Positions 59,460-64,000 of a stretch of 64,000 nucleotides of DNA are shown piece by piece. This stretch comes from Eledone cirrhosa (taxonomy: Eukaryota). The position numbers were made by a program, and so were the translations under genes. The notes under the pieces are model-generated. The model had not been told where the DNA came from. It saw only the letters and a program-made list of their open reading frames with translations, and did no database searches. The stretch is taken from the NCBI GenBank assembly GCA_964016885.1, contig OZ024740.1, positions 276,520,001-276,584,000 of the forward strand. The letters run 5' to 3'. Position 1 is the first letter of the stretch. Every line of letters begins with the position of its first letter.

Positions 59460-59538
59460 CAGGGTTTCCCCCCAAAATGTATACATACTTCAACAGCATT
59501 CTAATAAAAGTGTGTATACATTTTTATGGGTCACCCTG
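59460..59538. mobile_element. Tiny Tc1/mariner MITE
   Basis: TA-cagggt...aaaatgtataca / tgtatacattttt...accctg-TA. Confidence 0.65.
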
Positions 59539-60227
59539 TATATACACCTGAATTGTGTATGAATGTGTTTGTATGATTATGTATGTGATGTAATGTGATT
59601 GAGAATATGTGTTTGTTCATGTGTAATTATATATTATGTATATGTCTACACATGTGTGTGTGAATTGTGTATGCGTGTTTTACCTGTGAGTGTGTTTGTG
59701 TCTACACTTTGTGTATGAGTTGTGTGTTTGTGTGTGTGTGTATGTGTATGTTTGCATGCATGTGTGTGCGTGTGAGAGAGTTGTATGTGAACGAGAGAGA
59801 TATTGTGTGTGTAATTTATTCCAGTATGGAAATAATTGTTTCTACTTTAGGCACAAGGCCAGCAATTATCCAGTACATTACTGGTACTTTATTTTATCGA
59901 CCCCGTAAGGATGAAAGGCAAAGTCAACCTCGGCGGGATTTGAACTCAGATCGTAAAGGGACGTAACTATGCTGGAAAGCATGACGTCCGACCCTCTATG
60001 GAAATAATAGTTATAGAATAGGGATAAATATGTATGTGTCAACATATGTATGTGAGTTGTGAGTGTATGTGTATGTGTGAATTTGTGTGTGAGAGCGTGT
60101 GAGGCGTAGATAATATTTTTTCAGTATGGAAAAAACAGATATAAGATGAGAATAATGATCTTTGTCTACACATGTGCATGTGAGTTGCATGTTTTCATGT
60201 GTGTAGATATATTTGCATGGAAAAAAA

Positions 60228-60480
60228 CGGGCTGGGAAGGGAAGCCTGCAGCGTCCAAGCCATGCTTAATGACCTCGTTGAGGGCAGCATGGCGTGGAAT
60301 GCGGCCGGCACTGTGGCGACAGGAAAGTGGGTGGAGGCCGAAAGAGTCCACGGTGGAACCGCAGTGACATTGGTGTGTCTGGCAGATCCGGAGGCCGAGC
60401 CTCAGGGAAACGTGGATTCGCAGGCTATGGTTGTCTAGCTGCGTGCCAGTGGAGAAGGAGGGCAGGGCATGGAGCCAATT
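60228..60480 (-). mobile_element. CRE-clade non-LTR retrotransposon fragment (zinc-knuckle region)
   Basis: [28 protein letters not shown]...[34 protein letters not shown]. Confidence 0.8.
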
Positions 60481-60944
60481 TTATTTATAGTGATCGACTA
60501 CAATTATTATATTCACTTGTGTTGTGCCGCCGATATTTCAAATCTCACATTTTCCCAATAAGGATGATTATGTATGTGTTTACACATATGCAGGAGAGTT
60601 GTGTGTGTATCTGTATATTTGTCTGTGCGTGTATGTGTATGTGTTTGTGTGTATGTGACCGTGTGTGTAGATATATTTTATAGCATAGAAAAAAACGAAC
60701 ATAAAATAAGGATGATTATGTATGTGTTTACACATGTATAGGTGAGTTGAGTGTGTACGTGTGTATTTGTCTGTGCGTGTATGTGTGTGTGTTTGTGTGA
60801 ATTTGACTGTGTGTGTAGATATATTTTATAGCATAGAAAAAACGGGCATAAAATAAAGATTCATTCTTCTCTTTGATTGATGAATTTAGTTCTTCATTAC
60901 TATATTTCTAAAGAGATACATTGTATTACAATTAATTAATGAAC

Positions 60945-61260
60945 TCCTCCGCAAAATCGGAACGTGGACGGCCCGTCGGAGGAAGGAGCCCCGCCAGGCG
61001 GAGTGGCTGTTGCAGTGGGTGTCGCTGGCCATTGTCCGTGGGAAAGCTTTTACGGTCTTGTCCACGGGGCGCAGGCCCTCAACCACCGCGTCCTAGGCCC
61101 AGAGCCCAATCATCCTCCCTCTTTCCTCCTCCCCATTCTTCCGTGACACTAGAGTCCTTGCCATTCCCTCCCTTCCCGCTTTTTTTTTCTTTTTCCCGTT
61201 TTTCTTTATATTTTCTTATTTTATATTCTATTCTATTCTTCTCAATCTAAATTTTCTTTT
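60945..61260 (+). mobile_element. CRE-clade retrotransposon C-terminus and pyrimidine-rich 3' UTR
   Basis: EPRQAEWLLQWVSLAIVRGKAFTVLST resembles the CRE end motif WLxQRxSxAxxRGNA. Confidence 0.65.
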
Positions 61261-61356
61261 TTACTTTTTCTATTAAACTGTATTTACATGATATATTCCT
61301 TAATTTGTAGGGATTTACTAAAATAGTTAATTATTTCAATAAGATAATATTTGTAA

Positions 61357-62432
61357 TCTCTCTCTATATAAAAGTCTTTGTCTCTCTGTCTGTCTGTTCC
61401 TATGCATTCTCAAACGGTTCGACCAAATCAAATCAAATTTTACAAGCTATTAGACCCCGCGAGGGTCAACATGTAATTATTTTCATTTGGATTAAAACAA
61501 TATAACATTTTATCTAAGATAATCTTTCTATAGTCAACTACAGTAAACCACGACCACGACGTCGGTGACGTCCCATTTTGTATATGAGTGTGTATGTGTC
61601 TCTGTGTGTGTGTGTGTGTGTTTGCGAGTTCGTTATGCACGTCAGGCCTCAGAGAATTAAACACACACACATATCTACACATGTATATAGCGTTAGTACA
61701 CATTATCTTCACACACAGACAATTAAACACACACACACATCTACACATACAGATACATATGTGGTGACACAAGTTTTAGGTGTGCGTGAATGTATGTCTC
61801 TGTGTGTCTGTCTTGGTCAATGTATCTGAGTGTATGTGGGAGTGTGTGTGAGTGTATGTGTGAGTGTATGTGTGTGTGAGTGTATGTGTGTGTGAGTGTG
61901 TGTGAGAGTGTATGTGTGATGATTCTTATTTTCATTTGGATTAAAACAATAGAAAACAACCCAACGGCGTCACATTTTGTATATGAATATGTACGTGTCT
62001 GTGAGTATGCGCGTTCATTAGGTACGTTGTTAAATACATACAAATATCTACACATGCATATATATATGTAGCAACTGACCAAAAATGAGGTGAAAAGTTA
62101 TGCGTGTATCTGAACGTATTTCTGTGTGTGTCTGTCTTAGTATATGTATGTGAGTGTATGTGAGAGTGTATGTGAGAGTGTATGTGTGTGAATGTGTAGC
62201 AACAATTTATTCATTTGGACACAAAAAAAAAAAAAAAAGTGCTTCCAGATTGACAGATTTTCATTTCTAAATTCTATTATCATTACAATTTTTATATTTT
62301 TTCTTATAAAATATATATAGAGATAGATATTTTGAAATAATTATGAGAAAAAAAAACATATCTCCATATTTATTGTTTACTAATCTGAATAAGAACAGCA
62401 GTAACCCGGGCAACGCCGGGTAGTTCAGCTAG
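61357..62432 (+). mobile_element. Non-autonomous Helitron
   Basis: A|TC...tatataaaa...(GTCT)n start; 3' acccgggcaacgccgggt hairpin then CTAG|T. Confidence 0.8.
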
Positions 62433-62750
62433 TACAACATAACGAAAAGTTCTTATATCAACATTATGTTTAAAGATTATTGTTTAAGTAGGAAGCTTTT
62501 AAATAAGCGATTGTGTTGCATAGTACAAGAGGGTTTTTTCGATAGGTTGGTATTGAAATGATTTAATGATTTCACGACTACCTTTCTATCTTTGATAATT
62601 CTTGACCTTGCTATTTATCTTTCACTACTTCCAACTTTCTATACCAGTGTTGTCCTTTAATACTTTTCTTTCTATCTTCTTGTATCTGTATTATATATAT
62701 AATAACACACACACACATACACACACACATTCACACACACACACACACAT

Positions 62751-62781
<31 letters not shown>

Positions 62782-62857
62782 ATAGTCCAGAATTAGCCGT
62801 CGAAACGGCTTGAGCTCAGCCGTCGGGGTCTTACTGGTTCCTATATATATATATATA

Positions 62858-62863
62858 TTTCTT

Positions 62864-62894
<31 letters not shown>

Positions 62895-63200
62895 TCTTTC
62901 CTCTTCTTCTTCTTTGGCCAACTATTCCTGAAAGGGTCATGGGGGTTGAAGTCCTCAAACACTCCTTCCAGCGGGTCTTATCAGCAGCAACCATCTCCAA
63001 CTGATCCGGTTGGAACCCCAAGCGAGACCAGCCAAGCTCATGGATGTTATCCAACCAGTTTGCTCGGAGTCTGCCCCTGGGTCTCTTGCCGGTTAGTTTT
63101 GCCTGTAAAATCTGTCTAGCGATTCTTTCTTGAGACATTCTAACCACATGCCCATCGTATAGGAGCTGTCATCCCTCAATTCGGAGAAGTAGCAGCTCTA
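62858..63200 (-). mobile_element. RTE-like LINE 3' fragment with (GAA)n tail
   Basis: GHVVRMSQERIARQILQAKLTGKRPRGRLRANWLDNI followed by (AAG)n. Confidence 0.85.
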
Positions 63201-64000
63201 CCTGGAGTAACTCTCTGATCTCCGAGTTATGTACTTTAAATACAAAATACAAAGATATGAAAAGAAACATTTTTCTTCTGAAACAAGTTGATACACTAGA
63301 CCCAGTTTATCAAAATTGGAAATATGTAATGTTGTGAAGCAGAGGTGGATAGAGGTAGACATAGTCTGATCTTTATTGGTAGACATAACATACATCATCG
63401 TTTGTTGATTCTTGAACTATATTTTTATCTCTTGACGTAAACATATACCACATTTCTCCTAGAATTCTAGCAGAGATTATTTTGGATATGATTTTTTAAA
63501 TTCAAATTTTTATTTTTATTTTGACAACTTCATTGTTGCCTCAGAGTGGAAATGATATTTGTACTTTACCCTGCAATCATTTTCATGTATCATAATAAAA
63601 AAAATATTCTTGATGTTCTGGCTTCCATGTTGTCTTCTTTCTTCTTTTTATCTATATTTTTCTTTTGGCATTTTTCCTTGACAGGTTTATCACTATTTTC
63701 TCATTTTCTTTTATACCAATCATATGTTTAAAGAACGAGTTAGAATATTTTTCTCTTTATTTCCTTATATTCTTGTTTATAAGAGCGGTGGATTGGATTG
63801 GCAGTATTGGCAGAGTTTAGAACAAAATGCTTTGAGGTATTTAGTTACAAACTTTTACATTCTGAATTCAAATCTTGCCGACAATAATATAGTTATTTAT
63901 CCTTCCTGCGTCGATACAATAAAGTACCAGCTATGTATGGGATCAATTTAATCGACTCACCCTCTCTCTCCTGAAATTGCCGACCTTGTGCCTATTTTAG

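Noticed and set aside
63198-63420. Coding-looking stretch next to the RTE fragment
   Set aside because: Stops in the plausible frames and no recognisable motif or splice pair.

Overview
AT-rich, microsatellite-saturated animal genomic DNA. The repeat landscape suggests a coleoid cephalopod such as an octopus, but that is inference. The only host gene I can support is the 3' end of a MEF2 transcription factor on the + strand: three phase-compatible exons at 4075-4122, 7144-7258 and 15195-15468, ending ...IKSEPISPPR...KRSRIEGWAT*, probably followed by a long repeat-rich 3' UTR. The rest is mobile DNA: three decayed Penelope-like elements (PLEs), an IR/DR Tc1 element, a mariner relic, RTE/CRE/R4-like LINE fragments, two non-autonomous Helitrons, MITEs and more than 25 SINE copies. 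Almost all ORFs in the supplied track are (TA)n/(CA)n artefacts. The most striking signal is self-cleaving RNA. A near-perfect 4 x 310-bp tandem array (56364-57590) carries a complete type-I hammerhead ribozyme in every unit on the - strand, the architecture of a circRNA-producing non-LTR retrozyme. A second family carries a hammerhead with a compensatory U3-A8 core. More than a dozen fold-back (palindromic) PLE-end insertions sit in (TA)n tracts, several with hammerhead cores. All structures were read by eye; nothing was folded or searched computationally.
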